From contig CM120643.1 in assembly GCA_051362555.1 (NCBI GenBank), positions 25,982,848 through 26,046,847 of the forward strand: a stretch of 64,000 nucleotides of DNA. Reading direction: 5' to 3'. This document shows, one piece after another, positions 22,716-36,012 of the stretch. The notes below the pieces were generated by a model that saw nothing but the letters and a program-made list of their open reading frames with translations, had not been told where the DNA came from and did no database searches. Within the stretch, counting starts at the first letter, position 1; every line of letters starts with the position of its first letter. This stretch comes from Lingula anatina. Its lineage: Eukaryota > Animalia > Brachiopoda. The translations under genes were made by a program, and so were the position numbers.

Positions 22716-24164
22716 CGCTTTGAAAAAAGTCTTTCTGGCGCATATGAAACTGGTCTTGAACGGGAAACAGACAAAAAGAAACCTATCAAGTGTTATGACG
22801 AAGATGACAACTGCGGCCCAGTCTGATGTGAAAATACTTGACATGGCTACCAAGTTGCAGACGGCAACTGTAAGCCGGGATAAATTATCTTCCTTGTTAG
22901 AACTGTTCACTATCGCCAGCATTAACTCACTCAGCGCCCGAAGACAGTGTGCTATACCAAGAGTGCAGGTCAAGAAGGTCTTGGTTTCTGATCTACCTTT
23001 GAGTCTTTTTTCACCGATCAGAACAACAACAACAAGGATAATGTTGCTGGAAAGGGACAGCGGGAAAAGAGCATAAACAGTGTATATGTATACATTTAGC
23101 ATCCTGGCTGCCTTTTCTCGGTCCCAATGGAATATCTTGTTCAACCAGTTGATGCATTCTAGTGGATCACTTTTTACCACCATATCCAGCACACGCGGTT
23201 TGATTTTATCCACGTCCATTGGACATACGCGCCTTGCTAATTCTTGTGTATTATTTAAAACTTCCTCCGGAACTGCACCGGGTCGGAAAGGACAAAAAAT
23301 GGCTGTTTTGCGAGTTATTCCAAATTCATTTGATAAATCCTGAATATCTTGTCGGATGCAAAGATTCAACTCAGTTTTTTCTTCATCTCCTAGTTTATTT
23401 CCGGCCAGACATTCTTCTTCGTTTACCCCGTTTAGCATCGTAGCCGCGAAAAGCTCTTCCGACATCTCGACTATCCCGCAGTATTCAGAATATGTGCTGT
23501 TGGAGAACCAAATGTCAGCCATCCGAAAACTGTCTGTCATTCCGTTTGAAACCCTCGGTGAGCAATAGAAATACCTGTCTCTGATAGCGGTTTTCAAATC
23601 TGATGAAGAAAAATCTTGATTAACATAAACCTCTTGGATTTGTGGCGATGCTTTGATGCACACATGCGTTCTTTCGGTAGATGTCCCCGTATCTGTAAAG
23701 TTTTTGCTTTGAGTAAAGTTATGGTGACTACTTGTTATATTTTCCATCTCTTTGTCGGTTTCGTAGACGATTTGAGACATGCGCTCCAGGCCATCTTGTA
23801 TCAAACCGTCGACCGTCTCCTTAAACTCGACAAAGGCGCTTCTTTTTGCACTGTTGGTCAGCTGAGAGCAATTTTCTTTTTCAACGCCCATTAAAACAAC
23901 ACTCCTGCGCCTCGTGTCCAACATACTGGTGTAATTAAAGAGACATGATGAGTCCATCGTTTTCAGGGCGACTTCTATAATGTTGACTGGCATACCTAAT
24001 GTTGCAGTCAGCTGGTCGTACAATTGCCTTGTAAGGTTGAAGTGACAAGCGGAGAGAACTTGAATTTTTCCCACTCGCCGCGAAATAGGATTTTCACCAA
24101 ACAAATTGTTAATTTGAAACAAAGATAGTTGCATAATGCAAATGGGAATAATGTAAAACACCAT
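22716..24164 (-). CDS. Class A GPCR gene B, exon 1: long Cys-rich ectodomain plus TM1-TM3 (ORF open to an upstream ATG at 24254)
   Basis: 516-aa ORF 22704..24254 whose C-terminal ~130 aa are paralogous to gene A exon 1 (ITLDRFLFVCFPFKTSFICARKT identical). Donor GCG|GTAAGT at 22715. The ATG at 24164 (gtcATGg, followed by hydrophobic MVFYIIPICIMQLSLF) is the preferred start, but the true start is uncertain. Confidence 0.85.
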
Positions 24165-24396
24165 GACTTTGACTTGGCGTTCGATGTAATAGTAGTTTTC
24201 AATGCGCTGAATAAAAGAATATGCGAAACGTGCCTTATTTATGCGGCATGGCATGAATTACTGTAAGGATGCCTGTCATTGGTAAATACCATCATCCTCT
24301 CATAAGCTTTAAGACAGCAAAATTCATATGCCTGATAATAAACATGAACATTCATTTTGTCTTTTTCATGATTAAATGTTTGGGTACAAGTTTATC

Positions 24397-24400
<4 letters not shown>

Positions 24401-24439
<39 letters not shown>

Positions 24440-24453
24440 TGATGATGATGATG
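24401..24453. repeat. (AAT)n(GAT)n microsatellite just upstream of gene B
   Basis: Directly visible. Other (AAT)n tracts at 33207-33250 and 33656-33712. Confidence 0.9.
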
Positions 24454-25797
24454 TAAGTCTTGAAAACGCGCTACACATACATCTCAGCTCTGATTACAAT
24501 AATTTAACATATTAAATCTAAAACTAGTGCAAAGTTTAACCGGATACTGATAAAAAAATGTTAAAGCTAAGATATATGCAAATTAGCCATATTATTCTTT
24601 GAATGAAAGGTATTTTCCCCCCGTTTATTTGTCGTTATTTAAGAAGTTAAGACCTACAGCTGTACGACACAAATCTAATGGTATTGAGGTGACAGCACTA
24701 AATGGCTCAAAGTCTTCAGTATCTGTTGGCACTGATATCATGCACTGGAGACGAAAAGTGTGGGTAGGGTGCGACCAACTGCCACCAATATACCCTTGAA
24801 AAAGGCACAGGGCTGAATGGTGTTTACGAAGTACCAACATTAGTGGATTTGTGCCCCCTCTGTTGGCGTCGGCTGACAATAGGCTACATGTATTACAGTA
24901 ATCAAGGCTAGAAGGCACAAAGTCGTCAGATTCGCTGTTGCTTATACACTGTATAAGGTAAAAAGTAAAATATGAAGATTCCCACACTTTGTGTACGTGT
25001 AATGTCACCCCTGTTGCTAAATTTACACTCAAATGTATGATGTCTGTGTTGGATAGCAGAATATCTGACTATGATACTGCCTTTGGACAACATTGAGGTG
25101 TGACAAGATTAACCATTTCAAATTAAACATAATTGCATTTATTAGCACTGGCCTAGTGGACGGACGGAGGCCGTCTTCTGGGTCTTCCGGAAGACGGTCA
25201 GAATTTTTTAAAGTTTATATTGACAGGCATCTAATTTTTCTGTCGGAAGAGGGTCCCAGATGGAGGATGGATCAACATGGATAATTTGGAAGACTGTCAG
25301 AAAATACCCCTTTATCCGTCCCCTAGTAGGATGCAAACTTACAGCATACATTTGAAAATAATCTGTTAACATTAACTTGAGACCGAAATAAGTACTGGTA
25401 ACTGTATCCTCAGTAAGTGGAGTGTAAGGAGATTTGGGGCCCAGCACGTAAACTTGTGGCACACCATTTCCTGGCTTGGAAATAGATTCTCCGGGATAAG
25501 ATGATACCTCAAATTCACTTTGGTAATGATGCAGAAGAAAGTCTTACATTACACGCCGTCTACTAAGGATAACAATTACTGATGACCAGACACGTCAGCG
25601 TGAGGTTAAAGAAATACAATAAGTCTCAGACATTTATAAAGCTAAGACAATTTTTCTTATTTTTTTCCGAAGCCTATACTCCCCTGTCCATTACCGCTGT
25701 ATAAACTCGTTTAAGAGTTATGGGTGTCTAAATCTTGAGTAAAATCCAGAGAAGGAAACTGCTAAATTTACTTGGATGACACAGGTTAAGCAAATAA

Positions 25798-25832
<35 letters not shown>

Positions 25833-27318
25833 AATAAAATAAAATACAAAAGATACAGGGTATTTTGATATTTAAAGTATCACTTTAGTCGTGACTTCTT
25901 TTTTATACTGCTGTGCAATACACGCCACGTATCAATAACATGGTGTGTAATATCATACAAGTTATCATCGAAATATTTACATTTGACAGGATTTCACTGC
26001 CCTCCACCGACGACACGCAAAACTTTTGGTCCAGTGCTTGTTGAAGACATGAAAAAGAATCAAGTTTCATACAAATGACCTATAGCTGGCTGTTTATCAT
26101 CTGCAACTCTATGATCAAATAAGCACTGGTCTGTAAAAACTAGTTTTAAAAAGTGGGAAAAAGTTTTGCAGAGGCGTTCAGATTTAATCACTGGCCAAAA
26201 AATTGAAACAAAAATGTTCTCATCAACTGAACAAATTTTGATGAACTTTCAGAGCGGACAGTTAATCAGGAGAGAAAGAACTAAGTACAAATTTGGCTTA
26301 ATGTTTTATATCGATGTAATTCATATTTTGTCTTGGGAGAGGTCTGCACTCCCAAAGAACTCTCTAAATATTCTTAATTATTTTCATACCTGTAAATAAA
26401 CGCCTTTGTTTCTTAATCTGTTTTGGAATGCCAGACTTCCCGAAATCTGTCGTTCTGTCGGACAAAACTGACAAAATTTCACCTGGACCGAAAGTTAGTG
26501 ACTCGATAGCGGACCAACTGGCTGACAGTTTTTATTTATTTATTTATTTTTTTTTGAGGTTTTGAATAGTTTTAGTTTTAAGGAACAGCAGTCCACTTTA
26601 TTTTATTATTTTTATTATGAATGTTTCAATTAAAAATAAAATATTAACCATACAAACTCCTGAACCACTCGATGTCGGACACCGTTAATCAGTGCCGTAA
26701 ACCCCGTACATGTACTTGAGAACATATTTAAGAAAATTTCCTAGAGTACATGCCTTCACCAATTCAGTCACAATTCTCACCGAAATGAGCAAAATTTCTA
26801 GAAATTTTCATGAAAAACAAAACGCAGCATCGCTAACTACGTTTATTAAACAATTTTTGACCACGAGAGAAGATGAACATTCACCGTTTATATTGAATGT
26901 GAATTAAATGTTTTAAATCAGAACTATCGAATATATTTCAAAATCAAATTCCTTTATTTTTAAATTATTTCATTGCCGATAAATGATCGCTAAGTTGCAA
27001 AAGTTGACATAACTATCATGTCTTTGAACTAGTGACAGGGGTTTCGTTTCCTTTTTAAGCACGAAGTTAGCTAGATAAAGATCGTTGGATTAAATAAAAA
27101 ATGGAATTCTTTGTTAAACACGTTAGGTTACTAAGTCTTGGCTGGCTAACTATGAGTTTTGTTGACGAAAGGTTTTAGATTTTTTTTGAGAAACGCATGA
27201 TGGGAGAGTAATACTTGAGTCTTATTTGTAAAAGAATTTCATTGGTTAATAGGTTTTGAGTTATCCAATCGCTACGCCCGTCTTTAACGATCATGCGGGT
27301 CACCTGCGAATCGGGATT

Positions 27319-28930
27319 ATGGCGTCATTTGAGTCGGTACTGAGGTACTACGAAGGGGCAAAACCAGGGAAAAAGGAAAGAAAACAATCGACTGAGGAGA
27401 AAAGGGATTATGAGAAAAAAAGACCCAAAAGAACTTTTAAAAGTAAATGGAAAATCAACAAAGACTGAGTATTATTTGACGAAAAGAAGCAAATTATGCA
27501 GTGTGCCACGTGTGTTAGTTGCTAATACCCCCGTCACACTTATTCGGAATCAGCAGGAATGAAGAAGAATGAGCCTGAACGAAGAAGTTTTAAAATTCGC
27601 ACCACATTCGGGGAAAATTTTCAAATTGACCTTAATTATTGTAAGAGCACCGTAAGAGCACCGGAATACTCAGAATGCGCTTGAATTCGCCTGGAATGAT
27701 GAGTGCACTTTCGACTGTATTAGCTCTCAAAAGCAGTTCGAATGTAGTTGGAAAACTAAGAATATTTATAATGCTGTAAGAAGGCAGTAAGAATATTTAG
27801 AATATACTTTGAACGGCGCACTAGTGTAGTTTGATTGCTGGCAACATTAATATTTCAGCTCATCCAAGGCACATTCGAAACATTCTGGCGGGATATAAAA
27901 TCCCCGTCACACTAGAGGCAAAATGATTAAGAATGGCGTCTGAAATACAATTCTTTGTGCATTCCAGGATATTCGAAGAGCATTCTAAAAATATTCTAAA
28001 AATTCTGAGTGCATTCCAAATATTTTTACCCATTCTTGTGGCCGGCTCGAATGTTTTTGTCATGTCAAAAACTTTCTAAGTGCATTCCAAGAGGAAATTT
28101 ATCGCAATTTCCAAACAGTATTCCAACTACATTCGAGCTGAATTTGAGAGGTAATATACCTGGAATGTGCAAGAATCATTCCAGGCGGGTTCGATGTGCA
28201 TTCTTAGTATTCCAGAGGCATTCTTACAAAGCCGTAATATTTTATGATAATTTGAAATTCCCTCCCGAATATGGTACGGATTTTTAAATTTAATAATTCC
28301 GGCTTGATTCCTACTGATTTCGAATAAGTTTGACGGGGGCTATAAGTCACTTGTCAGTTCGAATATTCCTCTAATGTGATCAGAATGTTTCGAATGCTGT
28401 CGGAATGCCGTGAGAATATTTAGAATTCAGCCATAATGCAGTTAGAATACTGTCCAAATGCCATTCGATAAATTTCCACTTGGAATGCACTTCGAAAGTT
28501 TTTGACATGACTAAAACATTCGGGATGCCACAAGAATGGGTAAAAATATTTAGAATGCACTCGGAATTTTTAGAATGCTCTTCGAATAGGAGCGCACAAA
28601 GAATTTTCTTTCCGCCGACATTCTTGCTCATTCCGCCTCTAGTGTGACGGGGGCTTAAGGCGAAAAAGACTCGAAGTCGAATCAATGTTTACGAAATACA
28701 AACACGTATATCATATATCATGTACATATTTTAAAATGTCAACGTTTGTTGATAACGAAAGTTTTAAGTCCCACGCAAAAGCACATGACTATGTTTCCGG
28801 CAATCTGAAGTCTGCTCAGGAAAAAATGGGTCAGAAACAAGCAAAGTGTTTCAGAAACTTTAGGCAGCTGAAAGAAGCAGATTAGTGCATTTGTTGAGAA
28901 ATGCACATGCCGTAGCAAAAATATCCGTCC
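27319..28930 (+). pseudogene. hAT transposase N-terminal relic split by a MITE
   Basis: MASFESVLRYY..KRTFKSKWKINKD*VLFDEKKQIMQCATC [insert 27526-28655] ..CTYFKMSTFVDNESFKSHAKA..LLRNAHAVAK. This fits the R-x-F-x3-W / C-x2-C / H zinc-finger pattern of hAT transposases, with stops and frameshifts. Confidence 0.65.
27526..28655. mobile_element. Composite Tourist-like MITE X (a MITE nested in an inverted relative), complete copy
   Basis: Ends TACCCCCGTCACAC ... GTGTGACGGGGGCT with a perfect TAA TSD (27523-27525, 28656-28658). Internal second pair of ends at ~27899 and ~28341. Confidence 0.9.
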
Positions 28931-30249
28931 ACTTTCAGCTTACACATATAATTCACTTGAGATGGAAAAAAACTGCGTGATTATCATATTGATTTGGACC
29001 TTGATGGAGAATGTTTAGATTTCCAGTACGAGTTTGTGAATTCTGATAAATTGATCTTGTTTACAAGAGACTAAATATCACCGAATTTAAGAGTGTTATG
29101 TACTATTAAGCATATTAACATGTGTAATTTACACTTTAAAATAAAACATGTTGCTACATTGTACAGTGTATACATTAATTCTGTTATATTTTTTCGTTCT
29201 GACAAATTGTTTTTTCTGTCTAACATGTTTTAGGTTTGGTCAGACCGAGTGCCTGACACTTTTTTTAAACTTTCGGGAAGTCTTGGGAATGACGGCACAT
29301 AGACACAAGTCTAGATACATGTTTTATGAGGGGGGGGGGGGGGTTACTTCGCTCCTTACGCTCCTCACGTTTCCAGCAATCGATTTGTTTAGTTAGAATA
29401 GGTATGGCATTTATCCTTTCTGTAAACAGAAGCTGTTATCATGAGAGGGATATCATCCCCAGTGTAAGGTTACAAGACTAAAGTGATTTTCTTCAGTCAA
29501 TCGGTAATATTGAATTTGTTTATCTCCAATATTTCGATGTCTCCCTAGGGGCACAGGGGGCAGTCTCAACAGAAAGATGGGGCCACCCTCCAAGACATAA
29601 TGTAATTTTACAAATTTCAGTATTACATGTACCTGTAGCTGTTGATTGAAAATATCACTTTTCTAAGATAAATATCTGTTTAAAGAAAATAGAGGCCTTC
29701 CGGTTGGTCCAAACGACATAAATTGCTACACACGGTGTCGAAAGATTTAGTTTGTAATGTTCACTGATAAAAAATGTACGCATCATGCGCGGTTTATTTA
29801 TTTATTTATTTATTTATTGCACGAGTATCAGCGTCTGGCAGGCATTTCCGACCCAACCAGAAGAAAAGAAGAAATAACAACCAAACAACTCAAGATCCCG
29901 ACAAGGTAAGTACTGCTACCTGACGGATTTGAACTCTCGTAACATACCCGTTTATATTTAAAAAATATCCTTATTCTTACAGATAGCGTTCACGATCGCC
30001 CCATGTCAATGCATGAGCGATGTAAAATAGCCACAGTGAAGAGAACCAGGACCAGCTCCCATACAAGAGAAACTGACGGATATAAACAGAAAACTGGTCT
30101 CATCGATTACCTGTACTCACGCCTATACATTATATTGCTGACTGTGCACCTGTTAATGAGCTTTAACCTGTCGTCCATGTTTCTGTTGCACCTCTTCGTG
30201 ACTTACATGTAGCTCCACTTTAAGTCAGCTGTGCAACTGTACACCGGCT

Positions 30250-30350
30250 ATCGACTTAAATACCTGTAGGCTACCTGTCACACCTACAGGCTAACTGTCG
30301 CACCTGTAGGCTACCTGTCACACCTGTAGACTACCTGCCACACATGTAGC
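30250..30350 (+). repeat. Minisatellite, ~20-bp unit ACCTGTAGGCTACCTGTCAC
   Basis: 4-5 tandem copies, with degenerate ACCTGT units upstream to ~30100. Confidence 0.7.
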
Positions 30351-33205
30351 TTAGTCGTAGTTCTAAACCGTACCAAATGGCACGATTCGCTCTCTAAAAT
30401 ACCAAGATTTTCGGGGCCCCGAACCCCACGCCAAGACTGGTGGTGGTGGTGGGAGGGGGGGGGGGGGGAGGGTCGGCTTCAAAATCTGCGGACACCCCTT
30501 CAAATAATTTTAGATCCGCCACTGGGAAGAATCAAGACCGTTTAGAAGTTATCCGAAGTTTTTTTACAGTTTTACAAACAATCTTACAGCGAGGACTTCA
30601 GAACGCTGGGGAAGATGCACAGTAGCAATACTATGAGGAATAGCTAGACGTAGCTCAGCAGTAACATTACTTAAAACATTAAGTGTGCATGTCTATTTTG
30701 TTCCCCTTATCATAATGTTGGTGAGTCTTTCAGATTTATAGACTTCCATTACGCAAACTAATATGAGAAAATTAATTCTGGCTCTGGTGTTCGTGTTGTA
30801 TGAATCACGATGATTTTCTGATAATTGCGTTCAGGGATATCTATGGTGATGACACAAATTTTGTCGAATATTATGGAATAATCTTAGCCATAAAATTATA
30901 ACTTGGTGGCATTACTGAAAAAATAAGTAAATGGCTACCCCTTTAATTCCTGATCATATATCAATACTATCAGGACGTTCAAAAGGCTCAAAGCCTTATT
31001 ATAAAAAATTAAGTATAGTAGGTGTTTGGAAATTAATTACTTTTCACGCTTTGTTCCAAATGAAAGAAAAACCAAATATTCGCTGAGTGTACAACACTGT
31101 ACATTGTGTTAGCGAAGCACTTCCTGACGCAATGAAGAAAAAGCACAACTGCTGCAGCGTCCCTAACAATTGGTCTTAACGGCGGCGTTTAAGATTACTT
31201 GAACGTAGGAATGTACGTATTTATTGTAGATAACGAGATTCCAGATAAAAATCTTTAGATGACACACGAGAAGTTCACAGACTTATTTCCAACGTGCTCC
31301 TTGTGGTATGATACTGTCATTAACCGTTTTTCAGACGATTTATTATACCATGTTATATACAGTAAATATAAAAAATGTGCATGTACCGGTACTCTTGCTA
31401 AAATGATGGAGTATTTCAGTTTTCTGTGACTTTTGTCACAAATCTTTTGATATAGCTGACTGCATTGGGCAATGAAAACATGTTCAAGTTTTGCAAGTGG
31501 AATTAACTCCTTAATGATGCAAAATGGTTGGTTAGAAATATGTACCCTGTATAAAAGAACTGGGCAGGCCGCGCGTGCACTTATGACCCAGTCACTGGTG
31601 TTTGCTTTTGCAAGTCAATATTTTTTTCTGCATTTTTGAAGTATGCCAATGCTTTGACTTGAACCCCAATGGAGAACTTGGTAACTTGCGTGGATGTTTT
31701 TTTTTTTTTTTTTTTTGCTGGAAATTAAAAGAACAGTGCTAATCACGATGGAAACACTCAAGGAAGTTTGTTAAACCTTTCAGTTGTAAAAAACAATAAA
31801 CGCATGAAACTACAGACTAGAAGTGTCGTATGTGTCGCCAAAAGAGAGCTTTATTGAGAGCATACAATGAAGCCGATTGTTTAAACAAAATGCTGTACTT
31901 TCGCCATATTTGCTAAGACCTTACATGTACCGCCGTGACTAAACTAATTTTATTTCCACTTGTGACAGGAATGGTATTTTAAGAATGGTAGTCCGTATAT
32001 TATATACAGGTTTGGGATATCCTGGGTAAGCAAATGGGACGGATCTAACCTGAACAGTGTAATCGAAAATGGACATATACGGTTTCTTTAGGCCTACCAT
32101 ACATTTCACTTGAAACATTCATTAGGAAAAACGGACGTTACACTTAAAAGAACTATGATCTCAGTAGCTGTGTCAAAGGAATCATGGCAGTAATATCTTG
32201 TTTGGCGCAGCGACAGCGGCAAATTTCTAATATCCTTTCTGAAATAAAATTCTGGAATGAACAGTGGTTTGGCTACCAAGCGCATATAAGACATGGCAAG
32301 TTTGTAAAAAACCATCGAAACATTTGACCGACGGATCCAGGATTTCGCCAAGGAGATGACACTAAGAAAAATAGCTTAACCTGGTATAACATAAAATAGT
32401 AGACAAAGGTATATGTATATTCATCGTAATGCATGTATGTAGGGGGGTTTAAAATTTCTTATTTTTGTCCCAATTCTCTCGTTTAAGGTTTTTTTTTTTG
32501 GGGGGGGGGGTTGAGAAGGAGTACGTTCGTAGAAAAGAATGGGTTCACGTGTTCCCCTGCGCCCCGGTCTGGTTCTGCCATTGCATTTTTTTATTTAAAC
32601 TTCTTGGATGTTTCTGTCAAGAATAGATTTAATTCGCAGTAAAGGTCACAGTGATCAGGAAATCTGCACGCAATGTCTGTGAACGCTCCATAGAAAGTCG
32701 TTTATCGGGGCAAAATCAATGTCCATTTACTCATTGCATCAAACCTACTCATACTGGAAAAAGAAAATCAACGAAAATCGTATTTCTATGTAAGTGATGC
32801 GAAGAGTGAAAGTATCTATGATCTAAGTCTGGTGCGTTTCTCAGGGACCTGAAGGCAATCTATTCAATATTTGAATATACCAGTACGCACAGTGCATGTG
32901 AACCGGTGTAACGTGACGGGAGTCCCTAGTGATAGAGTAGTCCGTTTCCCATTCATGAGCCTCGCCCTAGATTTTGACCCACTCAGGTCAGGCCAACCCT
33001 AACCAAAATAACTTAATGGAGGGTGGGCTCTCTGTTACACGGACACTCAGTTTCCTTACACCGGTACTGTATCTTTGCTTATTATAATACTGGTATATAG
33101 TGGTCCGTTTGTGATCTGCTGTGTGTTCATGTGTGCGTATGTGTACATGTGTGTTATTTCTCGATAGAGAGAAACACAAACAGAAACGGAAGTATATTAA
33201 AATGC

Positions 33206-33250
<45 letters not shown>

Positions 33251-33652
33251 TTGATGAAGAAGATGGTGACAATGATGATAAGTACGTATGACATTCAAAT
33301 GGCAGGATTCATGCTGTAGGTAACGGAGTTTCAGGCACAAACACAAACAGTTCAAATACAATTATTTGCAACTGCATCTGTAATAAGGGGATCGGGACAA
33401 AGTCAAAACATCTGGGTTGACTTTGCTTCTAGTAGACCAATTTTCGTTTTCTTTTAACTGTACGCCTATTAGTTAGGAAGAATAACTCATACGCGTGGCT
33501 ATTAGGACTGTAATAAAGGTGGCTTTCCATTAATTAGGATAAATGACATGTTTATTTGCCAGATATGACAGGACACGCGTGACGTCATCAAAGAGAGAAT
33601 AATCAGGCGTCCCTCACAATTCTTCTTATTAATTCACTTGATAGACGGGTAG

Positions 33653-33714
<62 letters not shown>

Positions 33715-35417
33715 ACATAGTTTTAAGCAAACGATAGAGTTCCCCAATCACACCGTATGCACAGCAGTATTTTAGCACCAACTTACCAGATTGAAATCTG
33801 CCCTTGTAAATTTATAATTATACATTTGCTCTGTGCTCACTTCGCTAAATGTCATTGACTAGTTGACTGAGGAAATAATCTGTTTTAGCTTAACTGAGGT
33901 TAGGGCACTTGCCAGGCCTGTTCTATGTTCATCTCTGTGCATCAGGTTCTTACCATCTGGGCCCCTGGGTTGCTAGGGGGCATGCGGAGAACCAGGAAGA
34001 ACAGCTGTTGTTTTTTTCCCAGCACCTTGTTGTGTGTGTTATTGTGTTGACAAAGTCTGCTCTATTCTATGTAAATTGATAGAGGGCCTTGGGAACTATA
34101 GTCAGAGGATCAAAGGAATGTTTCACGTACCTAGTTCTCTTTATTTTTTTTTTTTATTTTTTTTTTATAAATGGTTTCCTCAATTGCAAATTGATCACAG
34201 CTCCAATGTTGGTGACCATTAATAAATCTTCTTCAGGAAATGCGGTAACACAGTATAAGGTAGCCCTGTTCTCAAGTTATTGCGCATACAATGATGCAAA
34301 CACAATGCTTATGGACTGTGCTTATGGACACGGGAGTTTTTAGTGTTTCAGTTTCGACGGCCCAATATAATCCACTGCGATGTTTTTGTGTTAGACTGAG
34401 AGGCACGAACTGGGTCCCATAACTCGCTAGCGTCGCATACTGCGAATAGCGATATGACATAGAGGCTACAGTGTACATGTATTATATGGGGCGAGTATGG
34501 GCGAGTTATGGAATCGAGACGCTTGCGCTCGGTCGCAATGCGCGATGCTTTCCAGTTACGGCCCCAGGTCGATATAAAAGAGCGTCCTTATAGTCTATTA
34601 CCATGAAGTGTGATTATAATGAGAAACAGTAGAAATTAACAAACGCATTTCCCACTTCAACGAACAACACTTTGGGAAATCATCTCCGGTAGCATATGCT
34701 TCTATACTGGGTTTTCAAGTGCCAGAATACTATAATTATCAATAAAGGAGTCCATCAACAATCCGTGTGAATGATCTTAATGCGCTCCCCTGTGTGTTTA
34801 GCAGAGGTAATGACGATTAAGGTGAGGTGCCTTAATTATATTGATGATTTATATTGTTTGCGACGAAAGAAAGTGCAATTTGGAACCGCCTGTAGGTAAT
34901 TTTGGCTACAAAGACCTTCCCACATGCGAAGTTGAGTGTAGGACTTCTGTTTTTTAAACCTTTTATTTTTCTCTTTAAATTGTAAGTTATTTTGTCCAAA
35001 GTTATTATGAGGCGAATATCATCACAAACCAACATTTTTCTAAGTCATAATTAAAGGAGTCATGTCGACGTTGTATCGGATGAGAGTACGCGAGGCAAAA
35101 ATTTCCGACATACTAGTACAAAGTGGGTTTTGGGCATATCAAATTTGGAAATAAATGATTGTCTAGTACTGCAGAATTGTTGGCAATAATTCAAGTTGTA
35201 ACGTAATTCGGGCGAAACCCAATTATGAGTGTAAATAAAATGGGGAGTCGGTACCATTTTTGAGAGAAGACTGAACTAAAATAATAATAATTCTTTTTCT
35301 TCTTATCATTATTAGTGACCTCATTTGCCATCACGATTTGTTGAAATGGACTGCGATCTTTCTTTTAAAAATACAAAAGTGTACATGCCCTCTCTCTCAC
35401 TCCCCCCTCCTCTCTTT

Positions 35418-35445
35418 TTTCTCTCTTTCTCTCTCACACACAACA

Positions 35446-35485
<40 letters not shown>
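35418..35485. repeat. (CT)n(CA)n microsatellite
   Basis: Directly visible. Confidence 0.9.
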
Positions 35486-35489
<4 letters not shown>

Positions 35490-35930
35490 AGGTGCACCAA
35501 CTGAAATTAGGTTTACATAACTACTGCAAGCAACCAACATGCAAGCGAAATACCACTTGCAGGATTACACGTGCGGGAAAACCTTGAGACAGTGGGTGCA
35601 TGCAGCGTCACATTATTTATTAGACACATAGAGTAAGGCGTACCCGGTCATGTACAATGTAATCACCTCCCGGCTTTTCATACCGGTAACTGGAGCTTGG
35701 GATTTGTTCATAATCACATATGCATTTATTCCTGGTAATACTTCACACGGCTGCTTATAATTAAGAAAACTTTTTTTTCCAGTTTGAGTTGTTTTTTCCA
35801 TTTGTCAATTATGTTTGTGCGCAAAATTTGACAAAGCAGTCTGAGCTCCATGATTTCCCATATCTCAAATATTGTATGAATCGAGTACCATTGTCAAATC
35901 ATTGCCACCAAAACCGCGCAAATATGATAT

Positions 35931-36012
35931 AGGAGTCAAATTAACTCTATGAGGGTCAAGGGGTGCTGGACTCTGACTAGAGAGTCAAATGACTCCAATT
36001 TTATTCTCACTG
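35931..36012 (-). mobile_element. Solo terminal fragment of the CACTG element family
   Basis: Reverse complement of 17313-17395 (GAGGGTCAAGGGGTGCTGGACTCTGACTAGAGAGTCAAATGACTCCAATTTTATT). Confidence 0.8.

Larger units (their letters stand above)
26432..29284 (+). mobile_element. Decayed hAT transposon (ZNF862/C17orf113-type N-terminal zinc finger), interrupted by MITE X
   Basis: TIR CAGACTTCCCGAAA / TTTCGGGAAGTCT(T). Flanks TGGAATGC / GGGAATGA (6/8 match). Transposase relic at 27319-28930. Confidence 0.75.

Noticed and set aside
22672-24202. ORFs overlapping gene B exon 1 on the opposite strand or in other frames
   Set aside because: They are shadow ORFs of the GPCR exon with no independent motifs.
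32988-33319. Poly-Leu/poly-Ile ORFs, and HT/VC/ER-repeat ORFs at 35338, 50141-50444 and 62916-63259
   Set aside because: These are translations of microsatellites.
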